IMG/VR virus record: IMGVR_UViG_3300037247_001169
Coordinates: 1-64,000 of that record
DNA from: a virus
Reading direction: 5' to 3' (one strand)
DNA length: 64,000 nucleotides
Shown piece after piece: positions 46,721 through 55,310 of this stretch. The position numbers and the translations under genes were made by a program. Position 1 is the first letter of the stretch. Each line of letters begins with the position of its first letter. The notes below the pieces were generated by a model. That model was not told where the DNA came from. It saw nothing but the letters and a program-made list of their open reading frames with translations, and searched no databases.

Positions 46721-47231
46721 GGGTTCGCTTTGCCGTTTTGGGTGTCTAGTTTGTGGTGGCTCGCTAATCCGCACTGGGCTCCTCGTGGACTTTGGCACGC
46801 TCATTACTTCCGGTTTCCTCCCAGCACTTGGCTCGCTTAACGCTCATGGCTGTCTTTTAGCTCTTGGCTCGCTCTTGGCTTCTGGTTGCCTCTCAACGTT
46901 TGGCTCGCTTGTCACGCGTGGGTGACTGCAACACTCTGGCTCGCTTCGTACACACGGGCGTCTTGCCTCCAATGGCTCGCTTTCACGCTCTGGTTGTCTA
47001 CGATGACATGGCTCGCTCGTGCTCACTGGGTGCCTTAAGCCAGCTGGCACGCTCTTTTCGGTTGGTTGACTGTACTCGCTTGGCTCGCTCGTGTTCTGTG
47101 GTAGCCTCACGCGCGCTGGCCCACTTGGTCACCTGGTCGCCTTTGCAATTCGGTACGCTTGATGTTCATGGTTGCCTTTCAGATCCTGGCTCGCTAAGTA
47201 GCCTTGGGCGACTCCGAACCTATGGCTCGCT
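46721..47231 (-). ncRNA. TIGR guide-RNA array, upstream (14 units)
   Basis: Same alternating 9-nt repeats; 10 exact edge repeats. Confidence 0.92.
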
Positions 47232-47273
47232 CACCCGTGCCCCTTCTCCGTCATCCACAGGACCGCCACACCG

Positions 47274-47462
47274 TCAGTCGTCCTCAGCCTCACGCCCCGC
47301 TTGTTCAAGACGCGCTTGGATATATTCGTCCTCGCAGCACGCCATCGCGCCCCAGTCGGGATTCGCCGAGCCGCCAACCGGTTCACGCGTCTTCGTGTCC
47401 ATCGTGTACAACGTGCCGCACTCAGGACAAATCCAAATCTCAGTTGGCGCTTGCCAGATCAT
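47274..47462 (-). CDS. Small zinc-ribbon protein
   Basis: CPECG..CC. Confidence 0.55.
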   Translation of the reverse strand: MIWQAPTEIWICPECGTLYTMDTKTREPVGGSANPDWGAMACCEDEYIQARLEQAGREAEDD

Positions 47463-47465
47463 AGT

Positions 47466-47861
47466 CTACGTCATCCCGCCGTCAGGCGCCGGATTCTCCG
47501 CCCGCACATACGTCCCATCGTTCGTCGGCGCCCGGCGGCGCGCTATCGTCATGTCCCCGGGTCGGCGCTTGACGGCGGGCGCGGGGTTCTCGGGGATTAA
47601 CGCCCAGATTTCGGCCGCATTACATGGGGCGTAGTTGCCAGTACCGTACACGTGCGTGCGCCGGTGGCGGTCACCACTAACTGCGTATCCATCGCGACAC
47701 CACGTGCACACCGCCTTCGCCGCCGCTTCGAGGGCGTTGCGTTGGATGTCGCGGAATTCCTCCAGTGCCACATAGCCGGGGGCAACCCGACGGCCTGCAA
47801 TCCATCGCCCTCTGGAGAATTTGCTACTCCACTCCTTCGCCGTTACCAGCCCGGTCGTCAT
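47466..47861 (-). CDS. Hypothetical protein
   Basis: RDIQRNALEAAA..C motif shared with the upstream gene. Confidence 0.6.
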   Translation of the reverse strand: MTTGLVTAKEWSSKFSRGRWIAGRRVAPGYVALEEFRDIQRNALEAAAKAVCTWCRDGYAVSGDRHRRTHVYGTGNYAPCNAAEIWALIPENPAPAVKRRPGDMTIARRRAPTNDGTYVRAENPAPDGGMT

Positions 47862-48181
47862 GGTTTCACCTCGCCTGCGGGCGCCGGGTCTTTCGGTATC
47901 AGCTTGCGAATCGCATCAGCGCAACTATGCCGCGTTAGCTTCGCTGCCTGAATAGTCACACGGTTTTCCACGATCACGATGTCCTCAACCGCCTCCGCCG
48001 CCCTCTCGAGCCAGTGCTGCGCGACGTTGCGTTGGATGTCGCGGACCGTCGTCAGCATCCGCGCACGCCACTCGTGGGCTGCCGGCGAGTCTTTGCCGAC
48101 CCCCCACGTCATCGGCGAGAAGCCGGACTCTTCCAGGTCCTCGACGATGTCTTCCGCCGTTATCAGATCGGTCTCGGTCAT
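47858..48181 (-). CDS. Hypothetical protein
   Basis: AGGAG RBS; RDIQRN..CADAIRKLIP. Confidence 0.6.
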   Translation of the reverse strand: MTETDLITAEDIVEDLEESGFSPMTWGVGKDSPAAHEWRARMLTTVRDIQRNVAQHWLERAAEAVEDIVIVENRVTIQAAKLTRHSCADAIRKLIPKDPAPAGEVKP

Positions 48182-48190
48182 CGCTCGCTC

Positions 48191-48568
48191 CTACGCCCGC
48201 TGGGTGGGTAGTGCCTTCTCGATTCGCCGGACAAGCGATTCACTCGCCAAGCTGAACATCTGGTCCAGCACGGCAAACTCACGATCCGAGACGAGTTGTT
48301 GCACGGCCGCACGATACGTTTCCATCTCTGCGGCGAACGTATGCAGCAACTCATGTCGTACCGATGCGAGCACATCCGCCTCGTCTTCATGCTCTCCCGG
48401 ATCAAAAGTCAATGCGGCGCGCTGGTAACCCGGCTTGGCTTCGCACTTGGCCCGTCCCTCGTCGAGGCGGCCGCACTGCGCCTCGATTATCCAATCGCGA
48501 ATCCCGAGCGTCGCGCAAATAGCCGGCACCGCGTCACTGATGATTCGTTCAACGTCCTCTGTCGTCAT
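48191..48568 (-). CDS. HExxH metallopeptidase-like protein
   Basis: LGIRDW..VRHELLH. Confidence 0.65.
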   Translation of the reverse strand: MTTEDVERIISDAVPAICATLGIRDWIIEAQCGRLDEGRAKCEAKPGYQRAALTFDPGEHEDEADVLASVRHELLHTFAAEMETYRAAVQQLVSDREFAVLDQMFSLASESLVRRIEKALPTQRA

Positions 48569-48613
48569 GCTCTTCTCCTACGCCCGATAACGGCGTAATG
48601 CGTAACGTGTCTG

Positions 48614-48859
48614 CTAGGACGTTGCCTCAATCATCGCGTTCGCCAAATCCTCCAACGACAGTATCCACCGTGTGCCATCGGGCAGCCGCATAATCAACGC
48701 GGTCGGTGGTATCGTCGTATTGAATTGCCACTCTTTGCCGTCAGCGCCGCCCATCACAAACAGCCCTCGGTGCAAGTACAAAGCCCGCGCGTGAACAGGC
48801 TTCATGTTCACTCGGACTTCCTTTTTCGGCTCATCCGTTGGAGGATACGGAACACCCAT
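48614..48859 (-). CDS. Hypothetical protein
   Basis: Start within the 51-bp repeat carrying the GGGAG RBS. Confidence 0.55.
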   Translation of the reverse strand: MGVPYPPTDEPKKEVRVNMKPVHARALYLHRGLFVMGGADGKEWQFNTTIPPTALIMRLPDGTRWILSLEDLANAMIEATS

Positions 48860-49183
48860 CACGTCTCCCTTCGTTCGTCGGTCACGTCTTTCGGGGCTTG
48901 CGTGTCGTCCCGGACCTTGTTCAATCCCAATTGTGCCTGCGCCCAGATATGGGATCAGCCACGATTTCCGGTCGCCTGCCGAACATGACAACGACCGAAC
49001 CCCAATGCAGTTCCGCCAATGAACTCATTGGAGCCTGAGACAAATAGGGACGCCAGCGCCAATCTGCGCGCAGCGCAACGCAGCGCACTTTGTAGCGACG
49101 TATCCTGAAGTCCCGCCCGACAATCCACTTCGCCATCACGTCTCCCTTCGTTCGTCGGTCACGTCTTTCGGGGCTTGCGTGTC
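48856..49183. repeat. 51-bp perfect direct repeats (48856-48906, 49133-49183)
   Basis: CCATCACGTCTCCCTTCGTTCGTCGGTCACGTCTTTCGGGGCTTGCGTGTC twice. Confidence 0.9.
48921..49136 (-). CDS. Inserted small gene between the direct repeats
   Basis: MAKWIVGRDF.. uses the duplicated RBS. Confidence 0.55.
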   Translation of the reverse strand: MAKWIVGRDFRIRRYKVRCVALRADWRWRPYLSQAPMSSLAELHWGSVVVMFGRRPEIVADPISGRRHNWD

Positions 49184-49596
49184 TTCGTCTTCGCCGCGGG
49201 GCGGGCGGCCTCTTCCACCAACTTGACGCCCTCCGGTAGGCACATCCCTCGAAGGCCCGTAAGCGGAACCGGCGTGTTCGCCTCAATGCACCGCCGAGCA
49301 ACTTCTTGCACGCTGCGCCCATTCTTCAAGTGCGGTCCTGCCAGTTCGCGCCACCGGCGCCATTCCCTACCCGTGTAAGCATAAGCGCCGAGCCGGAGCC
49401 TTCGCTTACGCCCCCTCCACCGACAGCCCTCCGGCCGGTAGCGCCGTACTTGATCCACGGACGGCCGCACGCCGTTCATTCTTGGCGCATCGCAGGCAGC
49501 GTCGATGAACGGCGTTCCCTCTATCCACAACCGCTGGTCGTTCTCTCGCAGCCACGTCCGAAGTTTCTCCCGTTGCTCCGCATCTAGCTTTGGCAT
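49159..49596 (-). CDS. Basic hypothetical protein
   Basis: GGAG RBS, 145 aa. Confidence 0.55.
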   Translation of the reverse strand: MPKLDAEQREKLRTWLRENDQRLWIEGTPFIDAACDAPRMNGVRPSVDQVRRYRPEGCRWRGRKRRLRLGAYAYTGREWRRWRELAGPHLKNGRSVQEVARRCIEANTPVPLTGLRGMCLPEGVKLVEEAARPAAKTKTRKPRKT

Positions 49597-49820
49597 TGCG
49601 TATCTCCCGCTCTCCCTGCGTCCTTCATCGCCGCCCGGTACACCGCCAGCAGACCGTAATCCGCGATCCGCCCCTTTAGTATCCGGCAGCGCAGCTTACC
49701 GAATTGACGCACCTGCCACTTGCGGGCCTCGTCAAGTTCCCGGTCTACGCCCGTCAGCGTGCGGGTCTGGGCAGGGCAGCCCTTGTAGCTGTGCGACGGC
49801 TTGCGTTGTTTCTTAGCCAT
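49584..49820 (-). CDS. Hypothetical protein
   Basis: Coupled ORF. Confidence 0.5.
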   Translation of the reverse strand: MAKKQRKPSHSYKGCPAQTRTLTGVDRELDEARKWQVRQFGKLRCRILKGRIADYGLLAVYRAAMKDAGRAGDTQCQS

Positions 49821-49989
49821 ACATCACACCCACTCCGGCGTAAGACCCATGCGTTTCGCCCGGGCGTCGCCGGAACGGCGAGCGTCACCTTCTATCGCCC
49901 AAACGGGCTCCATCCATATCTTCCCCAAATGGGCTTGCCAATACTTCCCGCAAACATCGGTCCGCATCCTCACCGTCTTCCGTTTCTTC

Positions 49990-50349
49990 TTAGCCATCCT
50001 CAAACTCCGCTTGATAAGCCTCGCACGCTGCCCGCGCATACTCCCAACCCGCGGGGTCAACAAACGCACAGTGGCCGCCGCGCAACTGCTCGCCATTCGG
50101 CAACGTGACGGGCGCGACAATCCCCGTGCGGACCTGGTAGCTGCCCGCCAGCTCTTTGAGCACGGCGCGAATGCTGTCCGTGGTCATGTGGAAATCTTTC
50201 GCTAGGCTCACGATCGACACGCCACGCTGCCACGTTATGCGTCCGTTGTAATTGCCGTGGCCACCACCGCACGGCAGCGTGCAGAGGATTTCCATGTGTA
50301 GGCTGCGAGTCTCCAGCGCGATTCCCGTCGCTACGTCATCCATGGGCAT
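49990..50349 (-). CDS. Hypothetical protein
   Basis: Conserved with 1-346; GAGGAG RBS. Confidence 0.7.
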   Translation of the reverse strand: MPMDDVATGIALETRSLHMEILCTLPCGGGHGNYNGRITWQRGVSIVSLAKDFHMTTDSIRAVLKELAGSYQVRTGIVAPVTLPNGEQLRGGHCAFVDPAGWEYARAACEAYQAEFEDG

Positions 50350-50355
50350 TGGCGG

Positions 50356-50592
50356 TTACTCCTCGGGTGCCGGCACGGCACATACCTCGACGATAGCCAG
50401 CTCCCTCAGTCCGCCATGGTCATCTCGCACCATGTAGCCGCCCATGACGCCCGCCGCGGTTTCTGTCAGCACGCGAGCGGTAATCACACGCTTGATCCCC
50501 GAGTCGCGCACCATCACTTGCTCACCAACCTGCCACGGACAATAGAGGTTGAACGCCGCTCCCACTACGACTTCCGCTGGTTGCTCTGGCAT
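50356..50592 (-). CDS. Small SH3-like hypothetical protein
   Basis: WQVGEQVMV; AGGAG RBS. Confidence 0.55.
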   Translation of the reverse strand: MPEQPAEVVVGAAFNLYCPWQVGEQVMVRDSGIKRVITARVLTETAAGVMGGYMVRDDHGGLRELAIVEVCAVPAPEE

Positions 50593-51545
50593 TCCGTGTC
50601 TCCTATTCGTTGCCTTTGGTCACCTTCGAGATTCACATCATCCTGGCGCCTGAATTCCATCGTCTCCTGGCCGTTGCTCACGCTAGGGCTCGGCGGTTCG
50701 ACCGTGACGGCACCGCCCTGGCCCACACACTTGTCACGTGTGCCGCCCGGCAGGAACGACTGCGTGATCGTCCCGACCATATTCGGTTCGCCCAACTCTT
50801 CGCCTTCGACGGCCGTACCGGCTTCCCGCGCAAGCGCCTTGCGCCGAACCGCTGCCCCCTCGACAGTGCCGTGCAAGATGCAAAGCTCCTTCTCGCTCTG
50901 CGCCAGTATCCCCTTGCCCACGTCGCCCCGCTCTAATTCTCTGCGCAGCGCCGCGAACGATTCCGTATGCCGCGGGTGCTCGATGGGCTCATCGGGGCGC
51001 ATCAAAAACTCCGGCACCGGCCACCCGGCGTCGCGGTGGTAGTCTCGCCAGCGTTCGGTAATCTGCCTGATCTTCATGGCAGCTCGCCAGTTCAGCAGCC
51101 CGTGCGGATCCGGTATCGACTTCAGGTAATGCGTGTTGCGAAGATCGTTGGGCCCCTTGGTCGTGCCGTGCCACGTGAACAAGATCGGCGCGGTCTGCGC
51201 CCGCAGGTGTTCGTTAAACAAATCTTCCGGGGTATAGTCGCGGGCCTCAGTCCAACCGGCCTTGATCTTGTGCTCCCGAATTTGGTCGAGCAGCACAAGA
51301 AGGTCGTTGCGGCCGCTGCTATAGGTCTGCTTCATGTCGCCAAGCACGACCTTCCACTTTGGCCCACGGGCGTCGGGTTCGTCGCCACGATGATGCTGCA
51401 GCGCCGACGCGATGTCCTCAACGTCCCGGTGTCGGAGACATCGCTTCCACACGCCCTCTCGAAATTCAACGGCCGATGTGACGTACCGCGGCCACAATTT
51501 GGTCACCAGCTCGTAGACCTGCCGTTCACGCTCCTCCTCGGTCAT
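50565..51545 (-). CDS. Replication-associated protein (helicase loader-like N-terminus)
   Basis: Coupled to the initiator; LWP..W..L..ALQ pattern. Confidence 0.5.
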   Translation of the reverse strand: MTEEERERQVYELVTKLWPRYVTSAVEFREGVWKRCLRHRDVEDIASALQHHRGDEPDARGPKWKVVLGDMKQTYSSGRNDLLVLLDQIREHKIKAGWTEARDYTPEDLFNEHLRAQTAPILFTWHGTTKGPNDLRNTHYLKSIPDPHGLLNWRAAMKIRQITERWRDYHRDAGWPVPEFLMRPDEPIEHPRHTESFAALRRELERGDVGKGILAQSEKELCILHGTVEGAAVRRKALAREAGTAVEGEELGEPNMVGTITQSFLPGGTRDKCVGQGGAVTVEPPSPSVSNGQETMEFRRQDDVNLEGDQRQRIGDTECQSNQRKS

Positions 51546-52351
51546 GGCTTGCTCCAGGGATCGTTGCCCTTAACGTAGTCAAGCAGCTCGTTCGCCTGGG
51601 CGCTATCGCCGCGGCCGCCCGGTGCGTCCCGCCAGCGTTCTTCACAGAACCACGTTTTGGCCGTGGGCACGAATTCCCAATCCGGCGTGCCCCGTTTGTC
51701 CGTCTGGTCCGCCTCGAACACCTGTACCCGCTCGAGCAGCGCGGCGGCCGTGATGTCACCCGACTGCAGCGCCTCGGCAATTGCAGCCTTGGCGGGCTTT
51801 GAACCGATCGGTTTCGGGTGTGCTTCGAAGATGCGGTCGACTTCGGCTTGGCTGGCGCCCGATCCCGCCCCCCCCTCACACTCCCCCTTACCTAATATAG
51901 ATACAGAAGACAGAGGACAGAGGGGTGTTACCCCCTTTGCTATCTCTTTTGCTATAGGTGGTGCCATAGGCTTTGCTTTAGCACCCCACCTGATGGCCGC
52001 GCCAGCCCTACCAGCACGTGATTTCGTCTCACGTTGTTTGATATCGCGCACGACCCGACGCGAAAAAAGGGCACCGTCGTCGTCACGGTGCAGCACCTTT
52101 TCCTCAAGCAGCTCTCCTAGGGCCGTGTCGAATTCTTCACGGGTCCAACCAGCGAGCTTCTTGAAGATCCGTTCGTCGGGTATGGATCCTTTGGCAGTCT
52201 TTAGGGCGCCGGTTGCCGGCTCCATCGAATACATCGTGCAGATCAGATCCACATGCAGGGAACGCGCGAGGGCAGAACAACCTCGAAGTTCCTGGTCGGT
52301 GAGCCAATCCTTGTGGAAGAATGGGAACCAAGGCCAATCGGCAATCGACAT
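51542..52351 (-). CDS. Phage replication initiator (DUF1376-like)
   Basis: WFPFFHKDWLTD..SRRVVRD N-domain; HPKPIG..AKTWF..ERWRD C-domain. Confidence 0.8.
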   Translation of the reverse strand: MSIADWPWFPFFHKDWLTDQELRGCSALARSLHVDLICTMYSMEPATGALKTAKGSIPDERIFKKLAGWTREEFDTALGELLEEKVLHRDDDGALFSRRVVRDIKQRETKSRAGRAGAAIRWGAKAKPMAPPIAKEIAKGVTPLCPLSSVSILGKGECEGGAGSGASQAEVDRIFEAHPKPIGSKPAKAAIAEALQSGDITAAALLERVQVFEADQTDKRGTPDWEFVPTAKTWFCEERWRDAPGGRGDSAQANELLDYVKGNDPWSKP

Positions 52352-52449
52352 CCCTGTCCTCTCAATTCGCCGCCGGGCGAGCGTTGTATGTCATGTTTCC
52401 GTGCCCACTGCTCCGCAGAGCCCGGTCCCGTGGGCGGGGGCGGTATTAT

Positions 52450-53016
52450 TTATTCTGCCGATAGGACGACACCAACACGGTTCTTGGCATTGCTCAATTC
52501 GTCCCAGTCGACAAACAGAAATTCGTTTCCATCTGTCGGGTTTTTGCGACTATGGCGTCTGATCCATGCACCGTCGCCGAGATGCGCCCCGACGAACTCG
52601 TACAGATCCTTCGTGTAGCATATTCCGGCAGCCAAAAAGGCTCCCCGCCGGCGCGGTTCTGCGACGTATGCGTGTACTGTCAGCGTAGGATATAACCATC
52701 CAGAACGGATGGCGTCTATTCGCTTTCGCAGCTCCGTCTCGGCGCCCGTCGTCCGCTTTGACCGTATCGTGAACGTATACCACGGCTCACCCCATTGCAC
52801 GCGACTCGCCAAGCCCCTCATACGGCCATTCGCTTGCTGGATATGCCATCCGTCTATGCCGGCCAGCGTATCCAAGCATTGGCTCAAACTCTTCTCCGTC
52901 ACGCTTTCAACCGCCACCAAAGTTCCATCTCCGCATTTGCCCTTGATCGCGGGCCACACAACCCGCTCGAAATCGTAGGCACTATCGCTAAGGTCGCATG
53001 CAATGTCACTCCGCAT
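52450..53016 (-). CDS. Methyltransferase-associated protein (possible PD-(D/E)XK fold)
   Basis: LDTLAGIDGW..LASRVQW..TFTIR..TE..K motif. Confidence 0.6.
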   Translation of the reverse strand: MRSDIACDLSDSAYDFERVVWPAIKGKCGDGTLVAVESVTEKSLSQCLDTLAGIDGWHIQQANGRMRGLASRVQWGEPWYTFTIRSKRTTGAETELRKRIDAIRSGWLYPTLTVHAYVAEPRRRGAFLAAGICYTKDLYEFVGAHLGDGAWIRRHSRKNPTDGNEFLFVDWDELSNAKNRVGVVLSAE

Positions 53017-54190
53017 GCACGTCCACTCCGCGCTCTTCTGCGATATCGCACATCTCACGCGAGCTATCGCATCCGAGCCCGATGCGACCTAGCTTTTTCG
53101 CTGCGAGCAAGAACGTCCCCGTCCCGGCAAATGGGTCTACGATGACCCCACCCTCGGACGTGCTGTGACGTATGAACCGCTCGGCCAGCACGTCTGGCTT
53201 CTGCCATTCGTGAAAGCGGTCGCCCTGACGACCGTCCGGGGCACGAACGTCCTGCACGCTCCAACGTTCGTTGTGGATCGGACAGTTCAGGTCTGGCGCA
53301 TCCCCCCCGACGAAGTAGAGGACCGCTTGCCAGTTGGCCTTGTAGGCGCCCTTCAGTGACGGACCCAGCGTATTGCGGTATGTCCACACCAGGACCTGGG
53401 CGAGCGACACGTCAGCACATCGTTGGGCCGCCCCAAAATAGGCGTGAAGCTCCACCGGATAGGCGCCGATGCAGACGAATGCTCGGCCGGTTGGCTTGAC
53501 GTGCTTGATCGCTTCGGGCAACCAGGCGTTGGCGAAAGCCTCGATGTCCGGTATGTCCGTAGCGTAGGGCGGGTCCGTCAACAGCAGGTCGCATTCGGGC
53601 TGCTCGCCGAGCCAGTCCTCCCAGCCAGCAAGATGCAATTCGGCCTTGCCTTTGGCGGTCCCCGCCGCCTGCTTTTGAAGGTACAGAACGTCGGCCTGAG
53701 CCAGCGTCGTACACTTGCCGTCCTTGACGGCCTTGAAGATGGCCTTCTGTCGCTTCCGGTCATCGTTCAGGCGAGCGAGACGATACACGTCGCCGGTCTT
53801 CAGTACCCGTCCGGTGGCGGATGCTAGGTCTATCCAGCCCTCGCGTAGCTCCCCGAGGACGTGTACGCCCTGCCAGCGAGATGATTGCTTATGGTTGATG
53901 CCTAGATCTAAAAGTGGGCTGCCTTCTTGGCAGTCCACTTTTTTGCCTACCCCGCGGGCACCATGCTGCTTAGGTATATCCTCCAGCAGCTCGCCAGCTC
54001 GGCCCTCAGCCCGTATCCTGAGCTTGCAGACCTCATCTTGAACCTCGCGGGTTTCGCCGATCTCGCGGGCGTAGGTTTGCAGCGCCTTCGACTTGTCGAT
54101 GATGACCTTCACCTCTGGGATCGTGGTCGCCTGCGACAACGCCGACCGCATCGCGTCGTAAGCTACTATGTTTGTGTCTGCTTTAGCCAT
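53006..54190 (-). CDS. DNA adenine/N4-cytosine methyltransferase with N-terminal helical domain
   Basis: TDPPY motif IV; HEWQKP; VDPFAGTGT motif I. Confidence 0.9.
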   Translation of the reverse strand: MAKADTNIVAYDAMRSALSQATTIPEVKVIIDKSKALQTYAREIGETREVQDEVCKLRIRAEGRAGELLEDIPKQHGARGVGKKVDCQEGSPLLDLGINHKQSSRWQGVHVLGELREGWIDLASATGRVLKTGDVYRLARLNDDRKRQKAIFKAVKDGKCTTLAQADVLYLQKQAAGTAKGKAELHLAGWEDWLGEQPECDLLLTDPPYATDIPDIEAFANAWLPEAIKHVKPTGRAFVCIGAYPVELHAYFGAAQRCADVSLAQVLVWTYRNTLGPSLKGAYKANWQAVLYFVGGDAPDLNCPIHNERWSVQDVRAPDGRQGDRFHEWQKPDVLAERFIRHSTSEGGVIVDPFAGTGTFLLAAKKLGRIGLGCDSSREMCDIAEERGVDVHAE

Positions 54191-54299
54191 CCCTGACTCT
54201 CGTTTCACCCTATAGGAAAACAACAAACGCCCCGGCCGAACGCTGGCCGGGGCGCCGTGAAGGATCGACCCGCCGCACGCACGGCGGGATCGTTCACAA

Positions 54300-54357
54300 A
54301 TGAAAAGCCGCCGCTGGGCTTGAGCTGATTGGCACCAGAGTCACCCGAGACGGCGGC
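54300..54357 (-). terminator. Terminator/attenuator hairpin
   Basis: GCCGCCG..CGGCGGC followed by TTTT. Confidence 0.6.
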
Positions 54358-54396
54358 GTCGAAACCTAATTGTACCAACTCTAGTGCCATAATTCT

Positions 54397-54424
54397 AGCC
54401 TACTACATTCTCGGACGTTTGCAA
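54397..54424 (-). promoter_or_regulatory. Promoter TTGCAA-N16-TAGGCT (leaderless)
   Basis: ATG 6 nt downstream. Confidence 0.6.
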
Positions 54425-54653
54425 GCTGTGCCGAATGCGGACACAACTCGCCGCCGGGCGAGCGCTTTATGTCACGTCGCGGTCCGCCTCCAGCCACTGC
54501 TCAACCGTTATTCTCAGATCGAGCAAACAGGAATCGCACAGGTCGATGTGCAGATTCTTTTCATCAACGGCGTTCCGGCTGGCGATTGTTGCCGCCATTT
54601 GGCAGCCGCACCCCGCCAAGTCACGCTTACATCTGTCACAGATAGTCATCGTC

Positions 54654-54962
54654 TCATCCCTTCGCTGTGTCTCCAGGCCACCGAATCCGAATCCGGCAGC
54701 CGCACGTCCGCACGATATCCTTGCCGGCCGTAGGCTTTGGCCGCGACATTGCACCGCAATTCGCGCACTTCGAGGATGGGGTCACCAGCTCCACGTTGTC
54801 CGCACACGCCTGGGCGGCCGTCATTCCTCGGCGGTGGCACATCGCGTGGTCGCACTTACGGCACGCTCGGCCGACGCTCCAGGTTGCCTCGTAGCACTCC
54901 GCGCCTTTCGTCGGGACGCTCAGAAACGGGCCACACAGTATAGCGTTCAGTTCACCGGTCAT
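54654..54962 (-). CDS. Cys-rich hypothetical protein
   Basis: Homolog of 1931-2236. Confidence 0.7.
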   Translation of the reverse strand: MTGELNAILCGPFLSVPTKGAECYEATWSVGRACRKCDHAMCHRRGMTAAQACADNVELVTPSSKCANCGAMSRPKPTAGKDIVRTCGCRIRIRWPGDTAKG

Positions 54963-55088
54963 CCGCCACCTCGCCGCCGTATGCGTTTCCACAGCCATTT
55001 CCCAATCGGGGGGCCGTCGATAATTCCGTCCCAAATGAAATGGAACCCCGCCAGGGCAAACATGACAATAAAGCACCACACGAAGAGT

Positions 55089-55310
55089 TCACCCATCGTT
55101 CGCCTCGTCGTCCTCGTACTCTTCTGCCATCGCCTCGGCACCGTCCGCCAGGCGTTTCGCGTTGTCCTGTTTCCGTAGCTCATCGCGACGATTCCGAAGG
55201 ATATCTAAGTGCCGTTCGTAAATCGCCGCCAATTCTCTTTCGCCCTTCGCCTTTGCCAGTTGCAGATGAGACTGCGTTTCTAGGATCGCTTTGGCTACGT
55301 CTTCGCTCAT
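55089..55310 (-). CDS. Hypothetical protein
   Basis: Shares C-terminus with 2233-2562. Confidence 0.55.
   Translation of the reverse strand: MSEDVAKAILETQSHLQLAKAKGERELAAIYERHLDILRNRRDELRKQDNAKRLADGAEAMAEEYEDDEANDG

Noticed and set aside
45043-47231. CRISPR array
   Set aside because: Repeats and spacers are only 9 nt and two repeat types alternate; no cas genes. The pattern fits TIGR instead.
45239-47634. Plus-strand ORFs over the arrays (WLA/LARS repeats, e.g. 45318-46379, 46864-47634)
   Set aside because: By-products of the 36-nt periodicity and antisense to the real gene; no RBS.
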